64,000 nucleotides of DNA from Tubulanus polymorphus (lineage: Eukaryota > Animalia > Nemertea). How positions within the stretch are numbered: the stretch's first letter is position 1; the number at the start of each line of letters is the position of its first letter. Position numbers and translations under genes: made by a program. Under the pieces are notes generated by a model, which made no database searches, was not told the origin of the DNA, and saw only the letters and a program-made list of their open reading frames with translations. Below, piece after piece: positions 26,501 through 41,815 of the stretch. The stretch covers positions 8,092,485 through 8,156,484 of the forward strand of contig NC_134027.1 in assembly GCF_964204645.1 (NCBI RefSeq). Direction: 5' to 3'.

Positions 26501-29500
26501 CTAGGCTCAAGGAAACATTTTCGGGCTTTATTTTTTCGTTATATATTATTGTGGGATCTCTTTACCCTAATTCATCAAAATGCGCTCAACAAACTGATCC
26601 TACCACATTTTGACCATAGATTAGAAAAAAAAATGTGAATTTTTGTTTTCGTTTTCAGCGTTCACCTGTCCCCGCGGGTATTTCCTCGATGTGCAAGGCG
26701 ATCAAAATTGTCACGCGTGCGCGGCTGGAACATTCAGTCTGGGCGGCGGTATCCGATTCGAATCGTTCGACAAAATACCGAAAGGATTCAGCGTGAAAAC
26801 GGAAGGCTTCAGCGAGGGCCGCGCGAAATCGGTGAATAACTGCACGAAGTAAGTTTTATACATAGATCAGAGAACGTTCGTATCAGTGAATAATGAGAAG
26901 GGATCATTCATATATTACGTACAGATTAGGGGAGGGGCCAGTGCAATTGCGTACTGTAATGCTTAATGTATATGATAAAATGGCTGATTTTGCGTACATA
27001 GGGGGGTTGGAAAAGTCAAAATTTATGGGTACGTAATAAATGAATGATCCCGAAAATTGATTTTACCAAAAACCTATGATGTCATAAACCTTTGCCCTCC
27101 TGTCTGACTAGAAGTCTTGGAAATAGATTGATAGATTTGAAAAAAAGTTACTATTTTGCATTTCAACTTTTGAATAATTGTAGTTTGGTTGTTTTACTCC
27201 TCCGCGCTGACAATGTTATTTATTCGCTTTAGATACATATCTACTGAGATGCTCATGAATAATGCCAATCAGCATATTTATATATTCAGCTCATGCTGCA
27301 CTACGACTGTCTCCACTTTCATCTTTGTGCATACTTAATCAACGGTTGTTGTGTTTGTAGGGAACAGTGGCAAGCTAAAGGCAATTTCCTGGCCACCCTC
27401 GGCAGCAAGTGCTCATCGACGTTGGTTTATTCGGCTACGCTCGCCAGAGCTGGCTCCGTCGAGTTCAAATATCAGTACAGCGACGATGCGACGATATTCC
27501 ATTTCTTCATACAAAATGATAAATGCCAAACGAAAAGCGACAACGAAGCAAATGTCTGGCCGACCATGACAGAGGAAGGTCAATGGAAGACTCATAGGGT
27601 AAGCAGACGCCTAAGACGGATGTGTATTAGCCCCCTTTTGGATATTTATGAAGTATGACTTGTAAAAACTTGTAAGAAAAATATACCTTATAAACGATCT
27701 CATGTTCATGATTTCGTACATTGCAACGCAATTTCATATACGTAATTCGATTGTTGCTCGTGATCGTATTATTATTATTAGAACACCTGTTGTCAAGAGC
27801 GATTGTAGTAACACGGGTTTAGTGCTGTTGTCCTAGTCATTCATATCGGGTATTTTATTAGATCAATGTTTCATTTGACTACAGGATCTAATTCTGCAGT
27901 CTCTGTGGGATAGTAATTTCTCTGTAAATATCCTGTTCATTTATCATCTCCAACTATAATTTCCCTTTTATTACTCATTCAACTGAATTATTGTCTAGAC
28001 AAAAAAGTAGCCTGCTTTGATTATTTCATATCAAAGCCTACACGTTCAATATTCACATACCGGGTAGTTCAACCTTTACACTAGCCAACTACCAACCCGA
28101 GGGCAGTTTAAAATGCAAACTGAAAGAGGCAATGATAAGCAATAGTGTTTTTGTAGATTGAAATAAGCTGATGCTGCCATCTGTCATGCGCATGAACCAT
28201 TTGTGCGTGTAATGGTAATGATGAATACAGTCTTCACTTGGCCTATATTAGCCGGGTACAGATGGCGCAGTCGTAGAACCTTGTTGGAAGCTCAGCAGGG
28301 GCGAGAGATTATTTGTTATTTTATGCATATTCATCCTCTAAAATACTAAGTAAATTTTTTCGGTTATTTAACTACATAGTCAATCCAAAAACCTCTTCGG
28401 GTGTTTCTGCATCTCTATGAAAATGTCATATAACACAGACATAAAGTAGGCCCATGCAGATGGCCTTTTGTCTTTATATACAAGTATAGACTATCGTGTA
28501 TTCCCTGATCATTTTCATATACAGCATCTTGCCTGAAATTGGTCATAAAAAGGACAATGAGCATGTACGTATCATTGTTGATATGGTAACAGATTGGTTA
28601 AATGTTCTACTGGTACAGTGATGAATCTATGCTAATGAACCTCGTGTGTGTACTGATATGGCGTGGCGGATTTCAGCTTTGAATTTGAAAAAATTTGTCT
28701 GTATATTTTATAGATGGATTTGAAATCTGGTGTGAATATCCTACACTGGAAAGTAATTGGTATAGAAATGTCGGATTCAGCGTCGAAAACCAGAAAGCCA
28801 GTGCTTATCAAAGAAATTGAGATCGACGGTTAGCTTTTCATCTTCACATTCGGAACCAGAAATCTCCTTAATATCTTTTTAGTTGATTTGATCATCTGTA
28901 ATTGATTAAGTGATAAGCTGATCTAATAAGCCAACCTTTCTATAGTCTGTAATGCTTATGATACGCAGTTGCAATGTGTGTATTAGTGCACAGCCTGCTC
29001 TACTCGACTGTTGCGTTATGAATACAGTATATGAATATGCAATTGATCTCTTGAAAATTTATCGATAAATACTTAACATCGACGTGAATTAGTTTGAGCT
29101 CTTACGATAATGATTATTTCTTGAAATTCATGTATTGTCGACCATAATCATAAATATTGATTTCTATTGATGAATGAGTGATGCATAATTTTGTTGTTTT
29201 TGTTTTTCCTAAGGCGTGGCTTTTACATCCGAATGTACGAAATGCCCAGGCGGTCATTTCAGTGGCAAGAACTCATCAGAATGTTCCCCTTGTCCTAGTA
29301 ATACTTACTCATCTCCCGGGTCAGCGCAGTGTACTGCCTGCGATGCTGGGGAATATTCAGGTACCAGATTATTATTATGCGATTGAACATAAAGATCGAT
29401 TTTAGTGAATTGATTAACGAATGTTAATGCCTTCATATTGTGAAGCAGCATTCAAATACATTCCTGACATCATGCTGCAGAACAGATTCCCAACGATTCT

Positions 29501-32500
29501 ATTAATTACTGGTTGTTGCGTTTCAGGGCCGGCTTCTGAGAAATGTATCAAGAAACCAGCGTGTACAAGTCAACATTACTACGATTACATGGCTCCGTGT
29601 AATTCTCAGAAAATGGTATTGTATTTTTCTGGTCATTAAACATCATGATAAATGATTTAAGCGGATAAATCCTCGTTTTGAAAGACTTCTATGAAAATTA
29701 GTAAAATTAAACACTGTGGAGCCATTTGGATGATGTTTATTGAACAATTAAAAAGTTGATTCTGTAAGTTTTCAGTGTTTAGAATGTGACCGTTTGAATA
29801 TTCATTTTCAGACCCAAAAACTGTACCAGTGGATCAAACCGAAATACTGTGATGAGAATTTACCTGCCGGTGTTCATCTGCCATTAGCTGGACCACTTAC
29901 TCCTTGCCCGCCCTGCAATCCTGGTAAAATATTCCCAGCAAATATGTAGTATTTCCTTGTAACCCGGCCTTGACCAACAATCTTGTTTTATGATTCCAGG
30001 CATGTACAGCTTTAATTCGTCGTGCGTATTCTGTCCAAAGAACACGTTTTCTGACGGAGTGAAAGGAATATGTAAACCCTGTCCGTCGACTACAGCTGCT
30101 GTTTATGGTATTACCTATCGCTGGTGGAACGAGTTACCACCTAATGTTACTTCATCTTGTATGTCTTTTAATGGTGAGTTGGGTTATGGAGCTGAAATTC
30201 ATATCTGAAATTCATCTTAGAAATGATTATGTGAAGTTAAGCGAAACCGCCAAACAAGCAGTTTTACATTTCTGATTTTGATTTTTCGTGTTAAACGATC
30301 CCTACTTTCGGCGTCTTTCAGATGATGGCTGTGCGACTAAAGAAGGCTGGATTCCGTCTGGTGATCACCTGCAAAGCGGTAAAGGTCATATGGACGATGC
30401 ATACGTGGTGTTGACATTGGGAATTGGTGGCTTTGTCGGGAACAATCGAAGTCCTGGTGGCAAAGCTACTGAACTAGCCAAGATTAGCTTCGTCGTTGAA
30501 TTGGATTGTACCGGAAAATGTGCTCTGTTCTTTGTGGCGGTAAGTTGTTTTATTTTTCAGAAATCCTTAACCATTTTGAGAGCATTGAATATTTGAAACG
30601 GTATCTGAAACGTAATGGTATGACTTTCAATCTTGTTAACGAAACTTGTGTCATATGTTAACATGTTGTGTCTCATCTTTAAAAGAAACTTCTTCTTTAG
30701 TTTTTGACTTCATTTTGATTTATTTCAATAGACAAAAGGATATACCACTCCAAAACAATGGGTATGAACTGTGATCAGTTTAGATAAATGCCATTTGTGT
30801 ATTTGTACGTCATAAGGGTTTTTGGTCAATTTAAATGACTCGAGGGGTTTTGTTTTTATTTTTCATCGATTACGGTACATATTGCACTCAAAGTATTAAT
30901 CATGAATGGACACAAAAAACACCAAACAAAGGAATGTGCACTATTTTTATGTGGTCGGGATATTCTTACGGTATTTACCAATTCATCAGAGCGTTATAAT
31001 ATCAAGTCAAACGTGGTCCCTGATAGCGGGAGTATGTTAGTCTGTAACGTTATGGATGAATTCAGTTGATTTCTTGGATTGGCGGTTCTGTAAAAATCAT
31101 TTGATATGGAAATTAGAAATTTTGATATCAGACCGACCTGCCTTTCTGACAGTACTATTCGTTTTAGGTTTTAAATATTACTCTAAGAAAATATATTTAG
31201 AGTCAATTTTGGTTGTCTAACTCTTACATAATCTGAATTTATGACCCAAAAATACGTCAACTACATTCATATACAGTTACAAGCAGATGATAACACAAAT
31301 GAACATCGCAAGAAACACACAACGGTACAACTACATTCAATGCATGCTCCTGAAACCATCCGAAATAGTTTCTAAATAGGACATACCCTTTCGACCCAAC
31401 GGTCGAACAAAACATAGCGAAATATATGTACATTTATCCGGATCTTTCTTCGCTTTATACGTAGACCAAAAATAGCGGGATAGCAAGAAGACAGGTTATT
31501 ATCGTTATAAATCAGTTTTAGATTTGATGACGTTAGTTTTCGGTATTCGGTTTTATTATCTGCCAATCTTTACACACGAACATTTTATTTCCATCATTTT
31601 TTTTTCATTTGGTAAATTGGAGCAATTACATATACCACTAGTGAGCATGTCTATATGTAGAGGTTGTGGAACTATCATGTTTAGAAGTTCTTTTTTTTTC
31701 AGTTTTTCTTGAGATTCACGTGATTAGATAGGGATTATTCTATTCTGCTGTTTTCATGAGGCTGATAAGTTGGGCACCGATAAGCTATCCTTCTGTCTTT
31801 ATTCTGCTGCCCCTCTCAATGATTATCTCTAACTACTTGCGTGATGTATTGCAGTTAGCACTGCCTGAGTATTCCACAGGGTTCTATTCCTAATCTTGAG
31901 TGATACTTGGTTTCCTTAGTATTTGTTCACAACACTTTGTATATAACGTACAAAAGTTCAGTATTTTAAGTTTAATTGGTGTTGTTCATTCTATAGGATT
32001 CAGCTGCTCATGGTGCTTCTGTTATAAAGGCTTGGTATGGAAAAACACCGAAAGTTCATTTCAGGTAATTAAAAGTTATAGGCCTATTATATAAGTTATA
32101 GGCCCATTATTTTCATTATTCCTGGGATGCCTGAAGAGTAATGAATAAATATTTTTGCTGGCTCATCAACTTTTGGTTCAGAGTTTTTTTTAGATTATTA
32201 AACAACTCCCCTTTTCGTGATTTTTTAGCTATTCGATTACTAAGAATAGCCCCGTCACGTTTTCATGGGCTTTCCAAAAAATGTCGTGGGATGACCTCGA
32301 AAATTCTAGCAACCAGCGAAGTACCCTGTACACGAATGACGTGGCTAAGATCTATTCGATTAATGTCACAAACACGTTGAACGGAGGAGCATCGGAATGC
32401 ATGAAATGTCCTGAAGGAACCAACAGCAAAGGGTGAGTACCTTTCAGTCGAATAGTCTAGAGAAAATGTCTACGTTTACGCTGATTATAGCCACGATCGT

Positions 32501-35500
32501 GCAATCATTTCTGCCCTGACAAACTGTTCATATGAGTGCCAAATGGGCCTGACCGAGAGTGTCAGACAAGGCCTGTGCCAAATTTAAACATGGGGCAAAT
32601 TATTGCGTGTGAATGGTTACTGGTTCTGGGTTCCGATCCCGGTTTATGCTAATTTTTGTATGTATTGTAGTTGTATCCCGTGTCCGGACAATCATTACAT
32701 CGATCGAAGAACAAGCAAATGTATGCCGTGTCCCGAGAACACGATCGTACACGGTGATCGACCATACGGCAAAGAATCTTGCCTTAAATGCGGCGAGGGT
32801 TTGAGAGCAGACGGAGGAATGTGTGTTAGCGATTGTAAATTCAAAAGCATAAACGGAAGAGAATATGACTTCAGCGCGTTAAAAGGGTAGGCATGCACTT
32901 TCTCTGGTGGTCGATAGATTGACAGACAAAGAATCGACCGTTCATTGCAAATAATCGTTCCTTTTTTTTCGACAGGCCTCGTTCTGTGATCGGTACGAAG
33001 TTGTTCACATCGAGCGGCACGCAATATTTCCACGTTTTCAAACTGAGTTTGTGCGGAAAACAATTGGCGTCTTGTTCGAATAATTTCACGTCGGGGGTAA
33101 GCATTTAATTGTGAAAAGAATAACTGAACCATGTTCCGATACTCAGGATTCCCGAACATTAAAGGAATTGGGAATTAAATGTAAATCGATATGATTTAGG
33201 AACATGCTGGTGGGAGTAGATCGAAGGTAATTTAATATGTTTCGGGTTTGTTTCTGTTTTCTCAGAAAAGGTATTTCTTTGTTGCGATTTGTTGGGTTTC
33301 CGTACGGTTCGAAGTCGAACATTTCTTTTTCGTCTCTATCTACCTTAATGAACTACTATGACTACAATTTCAATAGACTAGCATGCATAGCCCAGGACCT
33401 TGTTCCACAGCATTGTGTATTTGATTTTAGACTGTTAAGTCAAACTTTCAATCTTGCAGACTTAATATATATCTGTGGAACTGGGTCCACTTTCATACAA
33501 CATCTTAAGGTATCAGTTGCGTGAAAGTTTAGTACTGTCAATCATAATTTTAGTGATAACATTTGTGATGGATATTGACTGTTATTGTATTTCAATATGA
33601 GTTGCATGTGTATTCTGAATGAAACTTCAACTGTTAGTCACATTCATTTGAAGGAACATGGTGGTAGATTGTATCATAGTTTTGATACAAAGACGTTGCC
33701 GTCTTCGGAGAATTCTGTCTTGCGTGTTATGGCGGTAATGCTTCTTCCCCTGGTTATACCCTAGCCTCGAATCACAAATAAATATCGTTATAGCCTCCCC
33801 TGATAAAACCAATATTTTCATACATCCTTTATTTGATCAAATATTGATTATTATTATTATTATATGCCAGAAATGGTGGCTGCTCCATATACTGCTGCTA
33901 TTCACATTTTCTTGTTACCATAATTGTGAAAAAATAACATAACTGGATAATTTGATGATGTCATCAGGAATTTATGATTTAATGGAGTTGGCCATGATTT
34001 CTATAATGAGTTCAGGAATGATTTTCTTGTTATGGTAGTTATCTACATGGTGTTGGCTTTATATATACCTTTTAAGTAATTATACTTTTTGAGTAATTTC
34101 TCTGGTGTTTAACATATTTTAACCGTATTCATCCTCATATATATTTCTTTCATTTCAGTTGGACAATAAGGAAGGCATCGACAAATTACATGCATTTATC
34201 TGCCGAACAACTATTATACCTCCTAAGAATCCAGTTGAACCAGTTCTCTCAGCTCAACCAGTCAGGTATATACTGTGCCCTTGTTATTGGCATTTGTCTT
34301 TAACTGTCCAGCACTATTTAGAATAATTTACTATTGTTTACTTTCTAATTTCCATATGCCTTTCTTGTAATGATTTGTTACAGTCTCGGAGATCATCCTG
34401 TATCAGTGTTCGGATATACAAATTCTACAACTGAAGAATTGCACCATGACCTGCACAAAGTTGGTTGGATCTCAGACGGTAAGATTTAGTGGCTTATTTA
34501 TATTTCACATGATTATAGGAAAATCTATGAATATCCGTATGTGTAACACAACCACTATTTTTCTTTTTCATTTAACAGAGGATGATCTGGATGTTCATTT
34601 CAAATATGTATCTGAAACGTGAGTAGTTGGCATTAGTGACGTATTCCAGCAAGTCCTACTATTGCTTATCATGAACAAATTTGATTTTATATCCTGGTCG
34701 ACAGATATTTCTTCACTTGAACCTATGCATAGTACAGTGACTGTGCATTGCCAATATAGGGAGTTTTCATGTCCATTTCAAGTAAAAATGTTACTAATAC
34801 AGTAACGTTATCAAATTACAGGCCAACAGAAGCTTGTCCTAAAGGTCGCTCGGTGACGATCATAATGCGCTGCGAGGTGAAAGAGAAAGGCAATGGTACA
34901 ATTGATCTACCACCACAATGTCCGGACGGTACTTGCGACGGGTGTGCATTCCACTTCATGTGGAGAAGTCGTTACGCCTGCCCTACGTGTAAAGATGCTG
35001 ACTACGAAGAAGTAAAAGGGGAATGTATCAAAGGAGAACAGATTATTCATTATTATCCTCCAAAGTAAGGATTTCTTGGAATTTTTGGCTATTGCCTCGG
35101 TTACATATTAACATAAAACATGTACTAAAATTTTCATGGCATTTGTACACACCCTGTATCAATGTTTTCTACTCATTAGAAGAATTACTGTAGAACTCAC
35201 TTACTTCAAATGACCAGGGAATGCCCAGATTTCTGCGAATTAAGTAAAATCCAAGTTATGAATTATAGTTTACTAGATTCCCGGTTAAATGTACCAAATA
35301 TTTCATCCGAATTAAGTTGAAAAATCCAAATTAAGCGAGTTCTACTGTATAAAGAATGCTGTATTGTTTATATCGAGTTGCTTTGTGTCCCGTTAAAGCT
35401 GATGAGTATTTGTATTGTAGACATTGTGTACTCTCTGGCACAGATACTAAACCCAAGAAGCACATACTGAAGTGTGACAACTTCCCGATGTGGGTATGTA

Positions 35501-37441
35501 TTTCATTTATTTATTTATCTACTGAATGGATCTTTCTATCGAAAATGGCTCTCCATAATTGAATAGCCATGAAAATATACAAAAATGATGTCTTATTTCA
35601 GATGAAGCTTTCCGTTCTTATCGCTTGTGTTACTGGATTTGTTCTGGTTGTATTGCTGGCTTATTGTTGGAAGAGAAACAAAAAGTAATAATCATTGAGA
35701 TATGCCATAGAATGTATAACTTGTATCGATGATATACCTAGAGATCGATTTTTCACATAAGCTATTCTATATGTTTTATAGACTGGAATATAAGTATATG
35801 AAGCTGGTTACGTCTGGACCTAACAAAGATGGAGATGCGGAACTTCCTGCTGCCGAAACATGTGCCATTGATGAAGGAGAAGATGATGAGAATTTCGATA
35901 GTGTTCAGTTCAGCCGTGAAAGCAAGGGAAAGAAATTATTCAACAAACTGAAGTCCATGGCTGGAAAGGTGAGGCAATATAGCATAACAATAATTTACTC
36001 AATGGTGCAAGTTGCTAGATCTGGGATATTTTGAGTAATTTCAAGTGGGAGGGCATCCAGCTGCCTCACCAGTATTGATATAAACATCTTCAACTTGGAA
36101 ATGATGTTTTGTTTTGCCCGACTAGGCTAAAAACATACTTTTCCAATGGGTAGTATTGAAGATAGTACACTTTCAATCTAGAAATAAATTCGTAGAGGCA
36201 CCCTGGATTGGATTCCAATTCAGAAAAACTTTTTCCAATTTACCACAACATGAGAATTTATCGTGTATTTGAATTTGTCTCGGGATTTCAGGAGAATGAA
36301 ATGTGGTCATTACAGGGTAAGTTTAGGTGAAGGTTTGACTGACAGCCTGATATCCTACATTTCTCCTCTAAAATAGATATAACAGTTACGAGTAACATCC
36401 TTGAAAATTTATCACAAATAATTTTGGATTAAATTTGTATCAAATTCTCATTATAGTTATGCATCAATAGCTTTACAAAAAAAAAAATTCTTTTGTTCCA
36501 AGACACTAATTTATTCATCAAGACAGCAAAAGACTGAAAATATCTACTACCAGCAATAGGTTTCGTGTTTTGAATATTGAAAATTTGATTTGTTTATATC
36601 TGCCTCCAGAGGGAGAATTTCAGGGCCTATTACGTGAGTAACCTATTTTGCGGCGTGTCTCTCAATTGTGTTGGGAACTATCATTTCAAATATACATGTG
36701 TATTATACAACTACGTTCTTGTGTTTCTTCATACGGGGCTATGGAAGCATAAAGACATTCTGTATAGTTGATAGATAGATTGTATGTGGTTTATTTGCGT
36801 ATAGGTTATTGGGTAACAGGTATAAGAACGGCTTGATGGCAATTCATTCATTATTGTGCATACATTGTATTATATCGGTATCTATTTTAGGGAACATGGT
36901 GATACATGCATGAATTATATAATGCAGGGCCCAGTTTTGTAGACTGATATTAGGCCTATCTTTAACTCAGTTCATTTTCAATTGAGTTAACCCCTTGGGT
37001 TAAAGTTAATGCCAGTCTATAAAACCAGGCTCATGTGTTGACCATAGACAGGATGGTTAAATACATATTTTATGGGGATGGTTTTGTAGGTTCATATCAA
37101 TTCATCATCTATTTATATAGACTTCCGTTTCTGTAGTTAGTTTACTACTTAACATGTAGTAGCTAAATAAGATCAGTCATGGTATAAGAATTTAATGTGC
37201 GAGGGTAACTTTTTCTACGCTTTGTTTGAACGATTATTTCTCATCCATATTTATCAATCGCGTATCTTTTGTTGTTGTTCTAAAGTGTAAGAGGAATTCT
37301 CTTTTTTGGTGATAGATACTTCGCGGAGACGATGATTCCCAAAATTGAATTTTATAAGAATTAGTTCATTTTTCTTTTCAGGGCGATGATAACCCTTTCG
37401 AGCATATCAAACTGACGGAAAAATCACCCATTTCATCATAG
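23536..37441 (+). CDS. ELAPOR: ELAPOR1/ELAPOR2 (KIAA1324/EIG121, UPF0577) family type I membrane protein
   Basis: Signal peptide [21 protein letters not shown]; [20 protein letters not shown]; [15 protein letters not shown]; [15 protein letters not shown]; [17 protein letters not shown]; M6PR-like domain [13 protein letters not shown] and [15 protein letters not shown]; transmembrane segment followed by CWKRNKK|LEYKYMKLV and [14 protein letters not shown]; last exon 37382-37441. Confidence 0.95.
23673..23839. repeat. Palindromic (TA)n-CTGCAG microsatellite in ELAPOR intron 1
   Basis: TATATATACTGCAGTATATATA units repeated; each unit is self-complementary. Confidence 0.95.
26899..27051. mobile_element. 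MITE with GGG termini (PIF/Harbinger-like)
   Basis: Inverted repeats GGGATCATTCATATATTACGTAC / GTACGTAATAAATGAATGATCCC. Confidence 0.7.
35188..35347. mobile_element. pogo/Tigger-like MITE, copy 1
   Basis: TA-CTGTAGAACTCACTTA ... TAAGCGAGTTCTACTG-TA; homologous to 37590-37768. Confidence 0.75.
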
Positions 37442-37589
37442 GAGGTTAAGTGAATATCGGAATCCGCCTTCATACAATCTGCGAATACTGTGATTTGAAC
37501 TTTCACTCGATTTATCAAGAGATCAGAGATAACAAGAAATTCATGAAACTAGTTCCGTTCTTATTTTCAATACAGCTGAAAACAATTTA

Positions 37590-37768
37590 CAGTAGAACTC
37601 GCTTGATTCAGATTACTATGGACTGCCCAGATTTCTTCGAATTAAGTATAATACGAATTGTGAATGATAGTTTCTATGGACCAAATATTTAGGTTAAATG
37701 GACTAAATATTTCTTCTCATTTAAGTGAAAATCCGGATTGAAAAATCTGAATTAAGGGAGTTCTACTG
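37590..37768. mobile_element. pogo/Tigger-like MITE, copy 2, in the presumed ELAPOR 3' UTR
   Basis: TA-CAGTAGAACTCGCTTGATTC ... GAATTAAGGGAGTTCTACTG-TA; shares the internal TGCCCAGATTTC with copy 1. Confidence 0.8.
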
Positions 37769-40700
37769 TAAAACGAAAAGAAATGCTTTTAAATGTACAA
37801 AAAACTTTCATTTTGTAGTAAGGTTATCTTAATCTTTCACAGGCAACCTTTGCTGCCATTCATCGAATTTCAACTACCCGTAAGAACAATATGTATAATC
37901 TGAAAAATAAAGATGATCCTGGCTGCTTGAGAAGGATTAAGATGGTTCAAATCTGAGTCCATTAGAGTGTGTCAATCAATCAGTTTTTAGGGTGATTTGT
38001 ATTACTGTACACATGTGCGCACACATCTAGGGGACGAAATGCAATTATATTTTCAAAGATCTGTCGCTCAACATTCACTACTTCTATACATTCCTATTAC
38101 TGTTCATACGTAACCTATTGCATTCCTTTCTTCTGAACACGATTTCACATTCCCTTAGTTTTACGCTGTAGAAAATGTTCAAAAATCAATTACTTTTTGA
38201 TTTCATGCGAATACTTTTATTTCATCGATATGATAGTATTGCTCGCATGCGTGGCAAGAACTTAAATTAAAATATCTGTAGATATTGTGAGAATGGAAAT
38301 TACAAATGTTTGTGTTTTTGAAATCTGTCTTTATGCTGCCCTAAGATGAAATGCACAGCCCTAATACTTTGTCAGAGAGTTACGTATTGATTCAGAAAAT
38401 CAGAGAATGTTGATGAGTTACCCTAAATGTTGTTATTCTTGCCATTGGAAATTGTCAAAAGACTATAAAAATTTTTTGTTGGTTGATTTATATCAAAGAT
38501 GATCTATATTTCTTTTTCGAGAGGTTTATTATTTATTACCAAGAAACTTGTGGCTTTATATGTTATATCGAATAGCCCCTATATGTATAATCTGTGAAAA
38601 AAATACGATTTATTTATGTTTAGTACGGTAGATTATTTGATAGCTATAGAAATTAGTTGATTCATCAAGAATGTTTTCAGGTATTTTTCAAAACTCAGTT
38701 TGACACTCTAGTCATGTATGATTTCAGTAATCGGTCGGGTTTATCGTCTTAGAGTATTGACTAGCGGACTAATATAGAGAATAGATACATTCAGTTCCCA
38801 GAGTTAAATTATCAACTAGTCCAAGTTTCAGTTTGGTCTGGATTTGAACACGATTCGGTGAGTGAATCTGACCCTGGAAATTTTGTACATCGCCACAAAT
38901 TTCCGTGTTCCTTGACAATTGGACAATATTTGTTTTTCTTTGTTATGTGTAAAATAGAAAATTCAGTTCTTTCGCTATTGTACAGATTATGATATACCTG
39001 TATCTATGGGTGAGGGTATTTCTCTTCATGTGATAATATTCTGATGGAAAATACTTGTATAGTTTTGTGATGGTTTTGGGATTTTTTAATGAAACAAGTA
39101 ACGAGAATGTGGTTTGTGCGTGAAAAATTGATTCGATAAACTTGTACCCCCAGTATGAATGTATTCTTTTGAGCATGGTGGACATTTACCGTACTCTGTC
39201 GGAACCAACTTGAATCATTCTAAAAATTGGAGAGGTTTTTGCCAGAGCGTATGCTGTAAACTTATTTTCCGCCTCTTCAGAACTAACACGATCTTTTGTG
39301 TATATATGGATAAATGAAAAGTGAACACTCGTTTCTGAATAAGTGGTGTATGTTTCGATACAGATATGATTTATTTTATTCAAGGATTAGATTAGCTGCT
39401 TCGGTGGTGCTTCATTTGAGTGTGTGGTATTTTAAAAACCTCCTTAAAACTTCATACGCCCAGTAACCTTAGAATATGAGATTTCTTGTTCCTCACTTTA
39501 CCGTTATATTGAAGGATATTTTTAAAATATATCTAATTACATGAATGTATATTGCGTTTGGTTTTTGAGTCATGGGTTTTGATTACCAGCTCTCAGTTAG
39601 ATTTTGTCATGATGATTTTTGAAAACTGGAAGGAGACTCTGCAAACGCTGTTGTTTCGATTCATTAATTCAAGTTGACAATGATTTTCTGTCGCCGTTGA
39701 CGACGCTTACGCAGAAGTTTGATTGTTTTGCGTAACAATCGGTTGCATTCAAATGTGGGATATCGATTTATCATTCACTATTGGACTGAGGACAGGTGTC
39801 ATACAATTTACAGTATGCTATTCTCGCATGTTCTAGAAGAATACAGTTTCCCATCTCAACATTACCAGGTATATCAATGAATAATGGCATAGATCAATGT
39901 TGAACTACAGTTATTGAAGCCGTCTGAATTGCGATCTGGCAGACTATATTAATTTGCGTCTGAGTCAATTTACATTATCAATAATTGCAGAAAACTGACT
40001 TTGTTCCAAACTGAAAATCCAATACCGGTACACAGGCGCTACTGTATTTTCGTTTCTTTTCAATGTCAGATATTATTGCTAGCCATTACTCAGTACTGTA
40101 TTTGAGATGTGGATTAAAAAAGATACAAAATGTAGATATCTGTATTTAAAGCAACCTTTCACTGTAGTTTATGGTATTGTGTTATATAGAATACCTATTT
40201 CCCTATTAACCCGACGGATGCCTATGTCTAATACTTACATACAAAGATGTTGTAAACTTGGATGATTGTAGTAACGTGATTTTCTTCATGTAGAAAAGTT
40301 ACTTGTATTATCAATATTATTTAGCTTTGATTTCATATTTTGTGGAGGGAAATAATATAAATACATATATATGTTTATTATTATTATCATTATTATATTG
40401 TACAAAATTCCAGATGTTTATAAGCATATTTTTCATGTCAATAAAATGCTAAGCATTTTCAACAACAAAAAAACACTTGAGCGGATTAATTTCTTTGTTC
40501 CTGGCATGTTCGTTTGAGACTACTTCCACAAAAATTCATTTTTCTAAGTGACATCACGTTGTTCGCGATCTGATACCGAACCAGAGACTTCTATGCATTT
40601 TTCATTCGAACTTTCTGGATCACAGTGGTTTAGAAACGACCTAATGAATAAACCAAGATTCTCGGAAAACGTGGATTATGCTGTCAGATTTTCTCGAAAT

Positions 40701-41815
40701 TCACGATAACTAAGTGCTACCGTAGATATTTAATTGTGAAGTTACAGCCGGAGTTATGACTAGCATATGAGGGTTCTACAAACAGCAATTTATTTTCAAC
40801 GTGACTTCGACCGTCTTATGAGTAAATATTTTTCTGCGTATACAGTGCATAACATTTGTCCTTATCAAACTTGTTGATCAGATTGCGACCAACTCTGTGC
40901 TACTGGAACTATTTGGACCAAACTTCCAAAACGACTTTTTCCTCGATTTCCAAATTTATTTTTTTCATGAAACAATATGCTAGATGTATAAATAACAAGT
41001 AAGTAGTTATGATAGATAACAAGTAAGTAGTAATGGTACACAGCATGTAGTGCAAAATATTTAAACATTTTTTGATTTAATCTTAAGGATTGTTTCTATT
41101 CTTTCCAGAAAGGATCAGATAGATACAAAGAATTAATTATCAAATAAGGCTAAGAATTGATTATGTTTTCTCAACGGTGGCACACAGGATATGGTGCCAT
41201 TTTTGCCCTTTGTTAGATTGAGAGCAATGGGTTTATTATTAGTTTATGGACCTTGTTTGTAGGACTTTAAACTATATATTTATAAAAATGTATGTTCATA
41301 AACTATCTAAAATATGTTGAATATTAAGTATATCGCTTCAAAATCTCAGAAGACGTTGACAGAAACTTCAATTTGGCATGGCAAATTGCTAAGAGGTCAG
41401 AATTACGTATTCAAATCATAAAATCTAAATGTAAAATTAATTAATGTTTAAGTACAAATCTATATACTATGCATACGTACATAACCATTGTCAATTTGGA
41501 CAATCCAATGAGTTGGATATCGTTCGATACACAGGAGACTATTTTGTTGAGACTCATTTTTTTCTTCTTAAGCTAATTAATATAAGCTTGTAAGTAATCT
41601 TATTAAATGATTATGCCGCACGCACACATGACTATCTTACTCCATCGTATAACGTTCACTATCACAAAGGCAGCTTCTTGGCACACAAAAATTTGATTCC
41701 CACGAAAAATGGACGGACGACTATTCATTTCGGTGTCGTCTGGACATTTCGAAATGACGATGAAATATCACACTTTATGATTATAAAAAATCAAAATCTC
41801 ATCACTGATCATCGT

